This document shows positions 33,409-41,861 of a stretch of DNA of 58,268 bases, piece by piece (the first letter of the stretch is position 1; each line of letters opens with the position of its first letter). The stretch is from an uncultured Candidatus Saccharibacteria bacterium. GTDB lineage: Bacteria; Patescibacteriota; Minisyncoccia; Minisyncoccales; Staskawiczbacteraceae. The position numbers and the translations under genes were made by a program. The notes under the pieces are model-generated. The model was not told the origin of the DNA. It saw nothing but the letters and a program-made list of their open reading frames with translations, and searched no databases. The stretch covers positions 1 through 58,268 of the forward strand of contig CAZAAH010000001.1 in NCBI GenBank assembly GCA_964483475.1. The letters are read 5' to 3'.

Positions 33409-33450
33409 ATGAGCGACGATTTTGTGGTAACAGAAAAAACGAGAAAATAA
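33409..33450 (+). pseudogene. Displaced 3'-end remnant of a glycosyltransferase homolog
   Basis: It encodes MSDDFVVTEKTRK*, against the live gene end ...GFWVTEKTRK*. Eight of nine residues are the same, but five of the shared codons are synonymous variants. Confidence 0.45.
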
Positions 33451-33453
33451 AAA

Positions 33454-35568
33454 TTACTCAAAGTGGATTTTTCCCTTAAACCCATCCAACCTTGCCTTCA
33501 GGGTTGGATAATTTTTCAGTTCGGGGTCTTTTTCCAATATTTCTTTAGCTGCCTCACGGGTTTTTTCAACCAAAAACAGATCTGAAAGGCCTTTCATTGC
33601 CATATCCGGAATGCCCCATTGCTGGGTTCCATAAAGCTGGCCGGGGCCACGAATCTCCAAATCTTTTTGAGCTAAATCAAAACCATTATTTGAATCAACT
33701 AATGCCTTCAATCTTTTTCTATTAAGCTGATCGGGCGACGTGGTAAATAAAAAACAATACGACTGCATATCCGACCTGCCAACCCTCCCCCGGAACTGGT
33801 GCAGCTGGGCCAGGCCGAATTTTTCAGCCCCCTCAATCATCATTATGGTCGCCCTCGGCACGTCAACCCCAACCTCAACCACCGAAGTTGAAACTAAAAT
33901 ATCGGCCTGGCCATTTTTAAAATCCAGCATGATCTTTTCTTTTTCCTTTGGCTTCATTTTTCCGTGGAGCATTGCTATTTTTAAATCGGGAAAAATTTCT
34001 TTTGAAAGTTTTTCGTATTCTTCTTTGACTGCTTTAACATCATCCCACATCCCAATTCCAACTCCAAGCTCCAAGCTCCTGGGTTCTATTTTAGGGCAAA
34101 TCACAAAGACTCCCTTTCCTTCTTTAACTTCTTTTTTTATAAATTCATAAGCTGACTTTCTCTGGCTCGGTTCAATAATCAATGTTTTGATTGGCTTTCT
34201 ATTTTTGGGCATTTCTTTTATCAGTGACAAATCCAGGTCGCCATACACCGTCAGGGCCAAGGTTCTGGGGATGGGAGTGGCCGTCATCGACAAGAGATGG
34301 GGGACCAGCTTTTTATTTTTCGTCAGGTTTGCCCTTTGCTCAACCCCAAAGCGATGCTGCTCGTCAACCACCACCAGGGCCAAATTTTTAAACTCAACCC
34401 CTTTTTGTATCAGCGAATGAGTGCCAATTAAAATATCTATTTGGCCATTTTTTAAATCTTCTAGTAAGCTTACTTTTTTTGTTGAGAAAGTTTCTTTATC
34501 TCTGAAAATTTTGGCTTCTTTACCAGTGAGCAGTCCAACAGAAACTTTAAAATCTTTCAATAAATCGCTGACGCTTTTAAAATGTTGGTTCGCCAAAATT
34601 TCAGTTGGCGCCATAAAGGCGACCTGAAAGCCATTTTTGACAACATTAAGCGCGGCCATCGTTGCCACTACCGTTTTTCCAGACCCCACATCGCCTTCCA
34701 AAAGTCTGGACATTGGGATAGGTTTTTCCAAATCTTTTAAAATTTGGAAGCTGCATTGCTTTTGGGAACCAGTCAGTTCAAATGGCAAAGATTTGGTAAA
34801 CTCTTTCATTAATTCAACGTTCATGGGGCAAGCGGGGGATTGATTTTGCATGAGCTTCGCCCTCGCTTGTAATACAGAAAGTTGCAAAAGAAAAAGCTCT
34901 TCAAAGGCAAAGCGTGACTTTGCTTGGTCAGCCATTTCAAAAGAATCGGGAAAGTGAATTTGCCAAATGGCTTTTTTAATTGGCAAAAATTTATATTTTT
35001 TAATAACTTCTTGAGGCAAAGTTTCTTCTATTTTATTAGAAAAATTAAAAAGCAGAGGTTTTATAATAAATCTTAACCAACGGGAAGTTAATCCTCTGGT
35101 TTCTGAATAAACCGGCACGATTCGGCCCGTGTGAGTTAAATGCCAGTGATCAGTTTCACCGTCTGATACTTTTTCGTGAGTAGGATTGCTTAAATAAATT
35201 TCATCTTTCCTCAAACTAACTTTGCCGGCCAAAAAAACTAAATCCCCCTCTTTAAAAGTTTTTGCCAAGTACGGCTGGTTAAACCACAAAGCCTTGATAG
35301 ACCCCGTTTCGTCTTCAACCATTATTTCTGTCAGACCCATCCACTTTTTAAAAGTTCTTCTGTGCTTAACTTCTGAAACTTTTCCTTTGACGCAAACCGT
35401 ATCTCCAACTTTGGCTTTTTGAATTTCAATGACATTTGAAAAGTCATCGTATCGGCTTGGAAAATAAAAAATCAATTCCTGGACATTTTTAATGCCCAAT
35501 TTTTTTAACTTTTTCTGGTAAGCCAATCCAACTTTTGGTAACTCCTCAATTGGAGTATCGATGTTCAT
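33454..35568 (-). CDS. recG: ATP-dependent DNA helicase RecG
   Basis: It has a wedge/OB N-terminus, the motifs GDVGSGKT, DEQHRFG and QLHQ.RGRVGR, and is 704 aa. Confidence 0.95.
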   Translation of the reverse strand: MNIDTPIEELPKVGLAYQKKLKKLGIKNVQELIFYFPSRYDDFSNVIEIQKAKVGDTVCVKGKVSEVKHRRTFKKWMGLTEIMVEDETGSIKALWFNQPYLAKTFKEGDLVFLAGKVSLRKDEIYLSNPTHEKVSDGETDHWHLTHTGRIVPVYSETRGLTSRWLRFIIKPLLFNFSNKIEETLPQEVIKKYKFLPIKKAIWQIHFPDSFEMADQAKSRFAFEELFLLQLSVLQARAKLMQNQSPACPMNVELMKEFTKSLPFELTGSQKQCSFQILKDLEKPIPMSRLLEGDVGSGKTVVATMAALNVVKNGFQVAFMAPTEILANQHFKSVSDLLKDFKVSVGLLTGKEAKIFRDKETFSTKKVSLLEDLKNGQIDILIGTHSLIQKGVEFKNLALVVVDEQHRFGVEQRANLTKNKKLVPHLLSMTATPIPRTLALTVYGDLDLSLIKEMPKNRKPIKTLIIEPSQRKSAYEFIKKEVKEGKGVFVICPKIEPRSLELGVGIGMWDDVKAVKEEYEKLSKEIFPDLKIAMLHGKMKPKEKEKIMLDFKNGQADILVSTSVVEVGVDVPRATIMMIEGAEKFGLAQLHQFRGRVGRSDMQSYCFLFTTSPDQLNRKRLKALVDSNNGFDLAQKDLEIRGPGQLYGTQQWGIPDMAMKGLSDLFLVEKTREAAKEILEKDPELKNYPTLKARLDGFKGKIHFE

Positions 35569-35600
35569 GAATTAAGAATTATGAATTATGAATTAAGATT
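35569..35600. repeat. Period-8 quasi-repeat (GAATTA-type) abutting the recG start
   Basis: The reading is gaattaagaattatgaattatgaattaagatt. Confidence 0.6.
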
Positions 35601-35632
35601 TCAGGTGATATCTTATATTATCAAAAAAATTT

Positions 35633-35662
35633 ACAAAAAAAAGCCAACTTTGTGCAGTTAGC
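35633..35662 (-). terminator. Intrinsic terminator of the 98-aa ORF
   Basis: On the minus strand, GCTAAC-TGCACAAA-GTTGGC has one G.U pair on that strand and is followed by T8. Confidence 0.65.
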
Positions 35663-35958
35663 TACTTTGGTACAAATGGCTTGAATTCTGGTTTTAGGGG
35701 CAGCAACTCAAGCACTTGACCCTCTGGAGTAATAGTCACATGGGAAACTCCCCGCTCCATAGCAAGTGACGGAATTGGCCTCTCGGGCAATACGACAAGA
35801 TCTGCGTTAAGTTCGCGACATTGCCTATCGTGATCCATATAATTAGAGGGATTAGTAACTAGAAAGTCCAGGTGTTTTCCGGGAAATAATCTCTGAAGAG
35901 TTTCTTTGTCTTTATCGCTTATTTCTTTTCTCAAAACAATAATCGTTACTGTGTTCAC
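35662..35958 (-). CDS. Hypothetical 98-aa protein
   Basis: I prefer the GTG at 35958, which is preceded by GGGGGAGGGTTTT. The track start is an upstream TTG. It has its own TTGCAT-N16-TATATT promoter and its own terminator. Confidence 0.5.
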   Translation of the reverse strand: MNTVTIIVLRKEISDKDKETLQRLFPGKHLDFLVTNPSNYMDHDRQCRELNADLVVLPERPIPSLAMERGVSHVTITPEGQVLELLPLKPEFKPFVPK

Positions 35959-36043
35959 AAAACCCTCCCCCAAGTTGTGAAACGAGCAGATCAAACGCGA
36001 ACGAACTAATTACAAATATACTCTAATAAACCAAAAATGCAAG

Positions 36044-36069
36044 GTAAAAGCGCCATCAGGCGCTTTATT
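36044..36069 (-). terminator. Terminator after nrdB
   Basis: On the minus strand, AAAGCGCC-TGAT-GGCGCTTTT. Confidence 0.7.
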
Positions 36070-36084
36070 TGTAATTCGTAATTC

Positions 36085-37077
36085 TTAATGCTCCGATTTT
36101 GTAGTATGGCCCGAATCCACTTCGTACTTAGTGTTTTGCTGTTCAAAAAAGTTCACAAGCTCTAGCACATCGGTAGCTGTTGACATCCACTTTGCCGGAT
36201 TGGTTACGTTGTATTGTTTTGGCAATCCCAGCTCCTGCAGCCTCCGGTCGGCTACATATTGGACATACTGGTTCACATAATCAGCGTTCAATCCCAAAAT
36301 TCCGTTGGGGAATAAATCCTTGTTGTAAGCGGTTTCTATGTTTACGCCGTCAATGACGAGCTGGCGAATTTCGTTGGCAAAGCTTTCTGTTAAAAGCTCG
36401 CCGTTTTCCTCTAAAATGGTTTGGATTAAATTAATGCCAAATTTCAAGTGCAACGATTCATCCCTCAACACCCAGTCAATCATGGAGCCAAAGTTCCTCA
36501 ACTGGTTTCTCTGGCGAAACGAAAGGGCCACCATAAATCCAGAGTAAAACCAAATCCCTTCCATGACAATATTAGTGGCAACCAAATTCCTGATAAAATC
36601 TTTTTTGCCTTCCTCGGTTTCTATATTGAGCTTGTCTTCGGTCATTCTTTTTAAATAATTCATGACAAACTTTTCTTTTTCTTGCATCGATGGGGTCTCA
36701 ATGTGGACATTGAATATCTTTTCCCGATCAAAAGGAAAGGTTTCCAACACATATTCAAAAGAAACGCAGTGGTTTGCCTCCTCCCACATTTGCTTTGCTA
36801 AGTACAAATGGCACTCGGGCGACTTTAAATAAGGATAAATTCCCAAAGCAATTGAGCGGTTGACAATCAGTTCGGCTGGATTAAAAAAGGCCATGGTAAA
36901 CTTTACCGCGTGCCTTTCGTCTTCGGTCATCTTTGCCCAATCCTCCAAGTCTTCTTTGAGGGCAATCTCGTGGGGGAACCAGGTATTTCTCACCGCCTGC
37001 TGATACAAATCATAAGCCCACTGGTACTTCATGGGGTGAAGATTCATATCTTCTGGCGACGCTTTTCCTAAGATCAT
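36085..37077 (-). CDS. nrdB: Ribonucleotide reductase class I beta subunit
   Basis: It has a ferritin-like fold with EEANH and E..LH diiron ligand motifs. The protein is 330 aa. Confidence 0.9.
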   Translation of the reverse strand: MILGKASPEDMNLHPMKYQWAYDLYQQAVRNTWFPHEIALKEDLEDWAKMTEDERHAVKFTMAFFNPAELIVNRSIALGIYPYLKSPECHLYLAKQMWEEANHCVSFEYVLETFPFDREKIFNVHIETPSMQEKEKFVMNYLKRMTEDKLNIETEEGKKDFIRNLVATNIVMEGIWFYSGFMVALSFRQRNQLRNFGSMIDWVLRDESLHLKFGINLIQTILEENGELLTESFANEIRQLVIDGVNIETAYNKDLFPNGILGLNADYVNQYVQYVADRRLQELGLPKQYNVTNPAKWMSTATDVLELVNFFEQQNTKYEVDSGHTTKSEH

Positions 37078-37165
37078 GTGTGTGAATTACGAATTAAGAA
37101 TTATGAATTTTGATTTTTGAGTTTTGAATTTTTTTAGGGTTTCGGATTTCGGATTTAGGATTTCC
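37078..37165. repeat. About 11 periods of an 8-nt quasi-repeat filling the nrdA-nrdB spacer
   Basis: The minus strand reads GAAATCCT AAATCCGA AATCCGAA ACCCTAAA AAAATTCA AAACTCAA AAATCAAA ATTCATAA TTCTTAAT TCGTAATT and then CACACAC-ATG. Confidence 0.65.
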
Positions 37166-37188
37166 AGTTTTGCCAAAGCAAAATCTGG

Positions 37189-39882
37189 CTATTGGCATCC
37201 ATCACACGTGAAGTTCTCCTGCGGGTCGGATGGCATGTGGATTTTATATACCTTTCCGTCAATAATTTTTTCTTGATAATGTTGATGTTCTTCGGTTTTT
37301 TGGTTTTTTAGTTCTTTAGTTTCTTCGTCCAATTTAATCTGCGTTTGAACGTGACTAAAAATCTGCTTTGAGGCTTCATCTACAGGAATTTCAATGGGTT
37401 TTTTGTCCACTATTTCTGGCTTCTCCTCAATTACTTCTTGTTTTACTATTTCTATTTTTTCTGACATACCTTCAAATGGAGTCGGCTCTGCAATGGTTAT
37501 ATTTTCATAAGCCCTGGCAAACCCTGTCTTTCCTAATTTTGCTGATTTATTTACCGCAACCGTGCTTTGCTCGGCGCCGTGACGCGGCTTCATATGCAAA
37601 TAATAAGTTGATTTTAAGCCTTTTCTCCAGGCCGTAAAATAAATATCCATGGTTTTTTCAATGTCCCTGTCTTCCAAATACATATTTCTGGAAAGCGCCT
37701 GGTCAACCCATTTTTGGGCCCTGGCTGCTACTTCTATAAAAGCGTAGGGCGAAACCGAAAAAGAGGTTTTATAAATTTCCTTGATGTGGCTGGGAATTTC
37801 GTCAATGCTTGAAATATCCCCCTGCAGCTCAATGATTTTTCCCTTAACCTTGTCCCATAAATTCATATTTTTTAATTCTGTAACCAAATTGTGATTAATA
37901 TCCAAATATTTTCCCGATATTTTATTCCTTGAAAAAACCTGGGCGAACCTCGGGTCAATGCCGGGCGTGGTGCCAGCCACCAGCCCGATGTTAGCATTGG
38001 GGGCCACGGCCATTAAAGTTGCATTTCTCATCCCGTTTTTCACTTTTGACCGCAAGGTTTCCCAGTCCAGCCAATTTTGTTTTGACTTTTTATCGGTATC
38101 AATGGCTATGGCCCGTTCGTTCTCCAAAGTTTCTATAGTGTCTATGGGAACCTTTCCCTTTGACCAGCCAGAACCCTGGAAATTGTTATAGCTTCCCCTT
38201 TCTTGAGCCAAGTTTGAGGATTCATCAATTGCCATATAACTTATAAACTCAAAAACTTTATCAGCGAAGTCATAGGCGTGAGGGCTGTCATAGGGAATTC
38301 CCAGTTGCTCAATGGCATCGGAAAAACCCATAATTCCCAATCCAATGGCCCGATTTTCTTTGTCTGACTTTTCGGCTTCCACAATGGGCAACTTATTTAT
38401 ATCAATTAAATTATCCAGCTGCCTAACGGCCAGCCTCGCAGATTCTTCAAGTTTTTGCCAATCAATTTGTTTCTTTTTTAAGTGGGTGGCAATATTGATT
38501 GAAGCTAAATTGCAAACGGCAATATTGTCTTTGTCTTGAGGCAGACAAATCTCCGTGCAAAGGTTGGACATATGAATTGTGCCGGTGTTGTTATTTAAAG
38601 CCCTCAAGTTAATTGAATCTTTAAAAGTCAGCCAGGGATGAGAAGTTGTTTGCAAGGCCACTAAAATTTGCCGGTACTGCTCTGTTGCCGGAACTTTTTT
38701 ATACATCTGCAATTTTCCTTCATTGGCCATTTGGATATATTCGTTATACCTTTTGGAAAATTCTTTTCCGTATAACTCGTTAAGGTCAGAGGTTTCTTTT
38801 GGGTCAAACATATACCAATCGGCTTTTTGTTCAACCCGTTTCATAAATTCATCGGATAAGAAGACGGCCGTATCAGCTGTTCGCATTCTCATATGATCGT
38901 CTCCGGCATTATGCTTCCACTCCAAAAACTCCGGAAAGTCATAGTGCCAGTTTTCCATGTAAAAACAGAGGGCCCCTTTCTTTTTGCCGCCTCTCATGAT
39001 AGCCCTAATAGCCACGTCAATAATTTTGGCAAAGGGCGTGGGCCCTGAAGAGGTGGTGTTGTTTGACGAAAGTAAAGATCCCATGGCCCGCAGTTTTGTA
39101 ATGGAGGCCCCTATTCCTCCGGAGGCTTTAGATAACATCATTACATCGGCCACCGATTTTGAAATATGGCTCATATCATCGTGGATTTCTAGTAAAAAGC
39201 AGTTTGAAAGAGCTGGTTTGACGGCTCCCGCGTTTATATTGGTAGATCCTCCGGCAATATATTCATGGTTAGACATTTTCTCGTAAAACTTTATGGCCCA
39301 TTCAGTGGGATCCTTCTCGTTATAGGAAAGCCCCATGGCAATCCTCATAAAAAAATATTGGGGAGTCTCGTAGGGCTTTTGATTTTTGTCTTTTATAGAG
39401 TACCTATGAAGCAAACTGGAAAGCCCAGAGTAAACAAATATTTCATCTCTTTCAATATTCAAAGCGCTTGCCAATTTTTCCAAATCAAAACTTTTTTCCA
39501 TGCGCTCGTCCAAAATATTATTGGCCACGCCTTGCTTAATATAATCAGCAAAACGCTCGCGGTGCATTTTTTTTAATTGTTCGTGATCTTCGCCATAATC
39601 GCCAACCACGTGCTTATAGACGGTTTTTAAGAGCAAACGAGTGGCAATTCTGTCGTAATCAGGGTCGTCTTTGATATTTTGCACGGCGGCATTAATGGTG
39701 GCCAAATCCAATTCTTCGGTGGTAATGCCGTCGTAGAGCGTCACCTTAGTGTCAGTGGCAACCTGGGTGACCTTGGCAATTGGGTCTATTAAGCCAAAAG
39801 AGGCTCGTTCGATTGAACGGTTGATACGGTCGGCATTAAATAATTCCTTTGCGCCGTCTCTTTTGGTGATAGTGAGCTCCAT
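37189..39882 (-). CDS. nrdA: Ribonucleotide reductase class I alpha subunit with ATP-cone and long C-terminal extension
   Basis: It has an ATP-cone (ITKRDG..E.F....I..SI), the SNLCTEI motif and the C-terminal redox pair CDGC. The protein is 897 aa. Confidence 0.95.
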   Translation of the reverse strand: MELTITKRDGAKELFNADRINRSIERASFGLIDPIAKVTQVATDTKVTLYDGITTEELDLATINAAVQNIKDDPDYDRIATRLLLKTVYKHVVGDYGEDHEQLKKMHRERFADYIKQGVANNILDERMEKSFDLEKLASALNIERDEIFVYSGLSSLLHRYSIKDKNQKPYETPQYFFMRIAMGLSYNEKDPTEWAIKFYEKMSNHEYIAGGSTNINAGAVKPALSNCFLLEIHDDMSHISKSVADVMMLSKASGGIGASITKLRAMGSLLSSNNTTSSGPTPFAKIIDVAIRAIMRGGKKKGALCFYMENWHYDFPEFLEWKHNAGDDHMRMRTADTAVFLSDEFMKRVEQKADWYMFDPKETSDLNELYGKEFSKRYNEYIQMANEGKLQMYKKVPATEQYRQILVALQTTSHPWLTFKDSINLRALNNNTGTIHMSNLCTEICLPQDKDNIAVCNLASINIATHLKKKQIDWQKLEESARLAVRQLDNLIDINKLPIVEAEKSDKENRAIGLGIMGFSDAIEQLGIPYDSPHAYDFADKVFEFISYMAIDESSNLAQERGSYNNFQGSGWSKGKVPIDTIETLENERAIAIDTDKKSKQNWLDWETLRSKVKNGMRNATLMAVAPNANIGLVAGTTPGIDPRFAQVFSRNKISGKYLDINHNLVTELKNMNLWDKVKGKIIELQGDISSIDEIPSHIKEIYKTSFSVSPYAFIEVAARAQKWVDQALSRNMYLEDRDIEKTMDIYFTAWRKGLKSTYYLHMKPRHGAEQSTVAVNKSAKLGKTGFARAYENITIAEPTPFEGMSEKIEIVKQEVIEEKPEIVDKKPIEIPVDEASKQIFSHVQTQIKLDEETKELKNQKTEEHQHYQEKIIDGKVYKIHMPSDPQENFTCDGCQ

Positions 39883-40104
39883 AATAGAAAGTGAGGCCCT
39901 GTCCGGTTGCCCAAGACAGGGAAATAAAAAATGTTTTTTAAAATTTCTCTGAATTAGTTCATTCTAATAGATAACCAAAACCGTAACAAGCCCCTGTCAA
40001 AGATTAAAAACTGTGGATAAGTCCAAAAATTTCTCGGTGTTACATGGTACTGCCTCGTCATGCAGATTTTGCTCAAAAAAAAGAGCGAAAAATCAATTTC
40101 GCCT

Positions 40105-40554
40105 TTAATAACAGGTACTAATGCTTGGCAACATTGCCCTTTCGTTTCTACAACGCTCTTCAATTTCTTCTCTTCCAACTATTTTCAGCCATTTACTAGA
40201 AAAAGCAGTACAAAAATTTTCAATTAGATTAAACAATCTGTCTGAAATTTCATTAGGTTCAGGAATAATTAATTTTGGCGGTGTCTCTGTCAGATCGAAA
40301 TGAAAAGTGTGTCCAATTTCATGGCCAAATGACAGGGCATCATGTCCAAAATTAAGGTTATTGAGAATTACAACAAAATCATCATCCTGAATACCAAGCG
40401 CCGCCGAAAAAAGTATACCCATAATCCTTACCCTTTTAATCCTTCTTTCCTCCAACTGTTCTCTAATTGTTTTTCCACCAATATTTGCCAACCACTCATC
40501 TGCATCTTTGGCAAAACTTAACTGCGGAAATTGTTCAGCCAGTGTTTTCTTCAC
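40105..40554 (-). CDS. ImmA/IrrE-like HExxH zinc metallopeptidase (orphan)
   Basis: It has the FGHEIGHTFHFD motif. I prefer the GTG at 40554, which is preceded by AAGGGGATTGCC. The track start is a TTG at 40572. Confidence 0.5.
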   Translation of the reverse strand: MKKTLAEQFPQLSFAKDADEWLANIGGKTIREQLEERRIKRVRIMGILFSAALGIQDDDFVVILNNLNFGHDALSFGHEIGHTFHFDLTETPPKLIIPEPNEISDRLFNLIENFCTAFSSKWLKIVGREEIEERCRNERAMLPSISTCY

Positions 40555-40590
40555 GGCAATCCCCTTTGTCAAAGATCTTTAAAACTTTTG

Positions 40591-40663
40591 TGCTCTCGGA
40601 GGGAATCGAACCCCCAACTATCCCTTAGGACGGGACTGTTATAATCCATTTAACTACGAGAGC
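40591..40663 (-). tRNA. tRNA-Arg(CCT)
   Basis: The minus strand reads GCTCTCG...GTCCC-GTCCTAA-GGGAT...GGGGG-TTCGATT-CCCTC-CGAGAGC-A. Confidence 0.85.
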
Positions 40664-40742
40664 GAATATGAATTTTCTTAAATTCTAATTTTAGGCTACC
40701 AAAAATTTGCTTGATTATCAAGAATAATGATATAATTGCGGA

Positions 40743-41792
40743 ATGTTCGAAAATAAATCTCCAATAGTAAAAATTGCCAAAAAAGTTTGTCCTGCGGTGA
40801 TTACTGTAATTGTTTCAAAAGATCTTCCAAAAGTAGAAGAGTTTTACAGTTTTCCTTACGGAGGTAAAGAGTACATTTTGCCCATGGCCGGAAAAGATGG
40901 AGTGAATAAAATGGAAAAAACCCAGATTGGCGGGGGATCAGGATTTATTATTTCCAAAGACGGATATGTTTTGACTTCAAACCATGTGGTAGCCGACACC
41001 ACCGCCGACTACACGGTCATCATCAGCCCAAAACACAAGCACCCAGCCAAAGTGTTATCAAGAAACCCGATAAACGACACGGCCATTTTAAAAATTGATC
41101 CGCCTGCTAAAGAAAACCTGCCATACATAGAACTGGGCGACTCCAATAAAATTCAGCTGGGCGAGGAAGTGGTGGCGGTTGGCAATCCCCTGGGAGAATT
41201 CCACGATACTTTGTCAGCTGGCATTGTTTCGGGTTTATCAAGGTATATTACTGCTTTTGGAGGCATTGACCACCAAATGCAAAATTTGAGAGGACTGATA
41301 CAAACCGACGCCGCAATAAATCCAGGGAACTCGGGAGGCCCTTTGGTAAATATGGACGGCAAAGTGATAGGAATAAACACAGCAATGATAATGGGGGCTC
41401 AAAACATAGGCTTTGCCATTCCAATCAATTATGCCAAAAAAGATTTAGCTGAAGTAAAAAAATTCGGAAAAATTGTGGTGCCGTTTTTGGGAGTAAAGTA
41501 TGTTTTGCTGTCCAAGGAAATGGCTAGGGCCAACAAACTGCCCGTGGAGGATGGGGCCTTGGTTGTCAGGGAGCTGTTGGGGGAGCCGCCAGTCATCAAG
41601 GACTCGTCAGCCGACAAAGCCGGCTTAAAAGAGTTTGACATCATTTTGGAATGCAACGGGCAAAAAATCACCGTAAAAAATCCTTTGGCTAACATTCTCT
41701 CAAAATGCAAAATCGGTCAGGAAACCACCCTGAAAATTTTGCGAGACGGACAGGAACAGGTTCTTAAAGTCACGTTATCGGAAAAAGTTTGA
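40743..41792 (+). CDS. htrA: HtrA/DegP-family serine protease (trypsin-like plus PDZ)
   Basis: It contains TSNHVV and D.A.LKI, the GNSGGPL active site, and a C-terminal PDZ domain. Confidence 0.9.
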   Translation: MFENKSPIVKIAKKVCPAVITVIVSKDLPKVEEFYSFPYGGKEYILPMAGKDGVNKMEKTQIGGGSGFIISKDGYVLTSNHVVADTTADYTVIISPKHKHPAKVLSRNPINDTAILKIDPPAKENLPYIELGDSNKIQLGEEVVAVGNPLGEFHDTLSAGIVSGLSRYITAFGGIDHQMQNLRGLIQTDAAINPGNSGGPLVNMDGKVIGINTAMIMGAQNIGFAIPINYAKKDLAEVKKFGKIVVPFLGVKYVLLSKEMARANKLPVEDGALVVRELLGEPPVIKDSSADKAGLKEFDIILECNGQKITVKNPLANILSKCKIGQETTLKILRDGQEQVLKVTLSEKV

Positions 41793-41822
41793 CACTGAAG
41801 TTTTGCAAAACAAAAAGTAATC

Positions 41823-41850
41823 AAAAAAACAGCTCGCGGGCTGTTTTTTG
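41823..41850. terminator. Bidirectional terminator between htrA and the ABC permease
   Basis: A7, then CAGC..GCTG hairpin, then T6. Confidence 0.65.
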
Positions 41851-41861
41851 ATGTTTCAAGC

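Noticed and set aside
39954-40178. A 74-aa minus-strand ORF between nrdA and the ImmA-like gene.
   Set aside because: It overlaps the 3' end of the ImmA-like gene in another frame. It has no RBS, and its translation is hydrophobic and aromatic noise.
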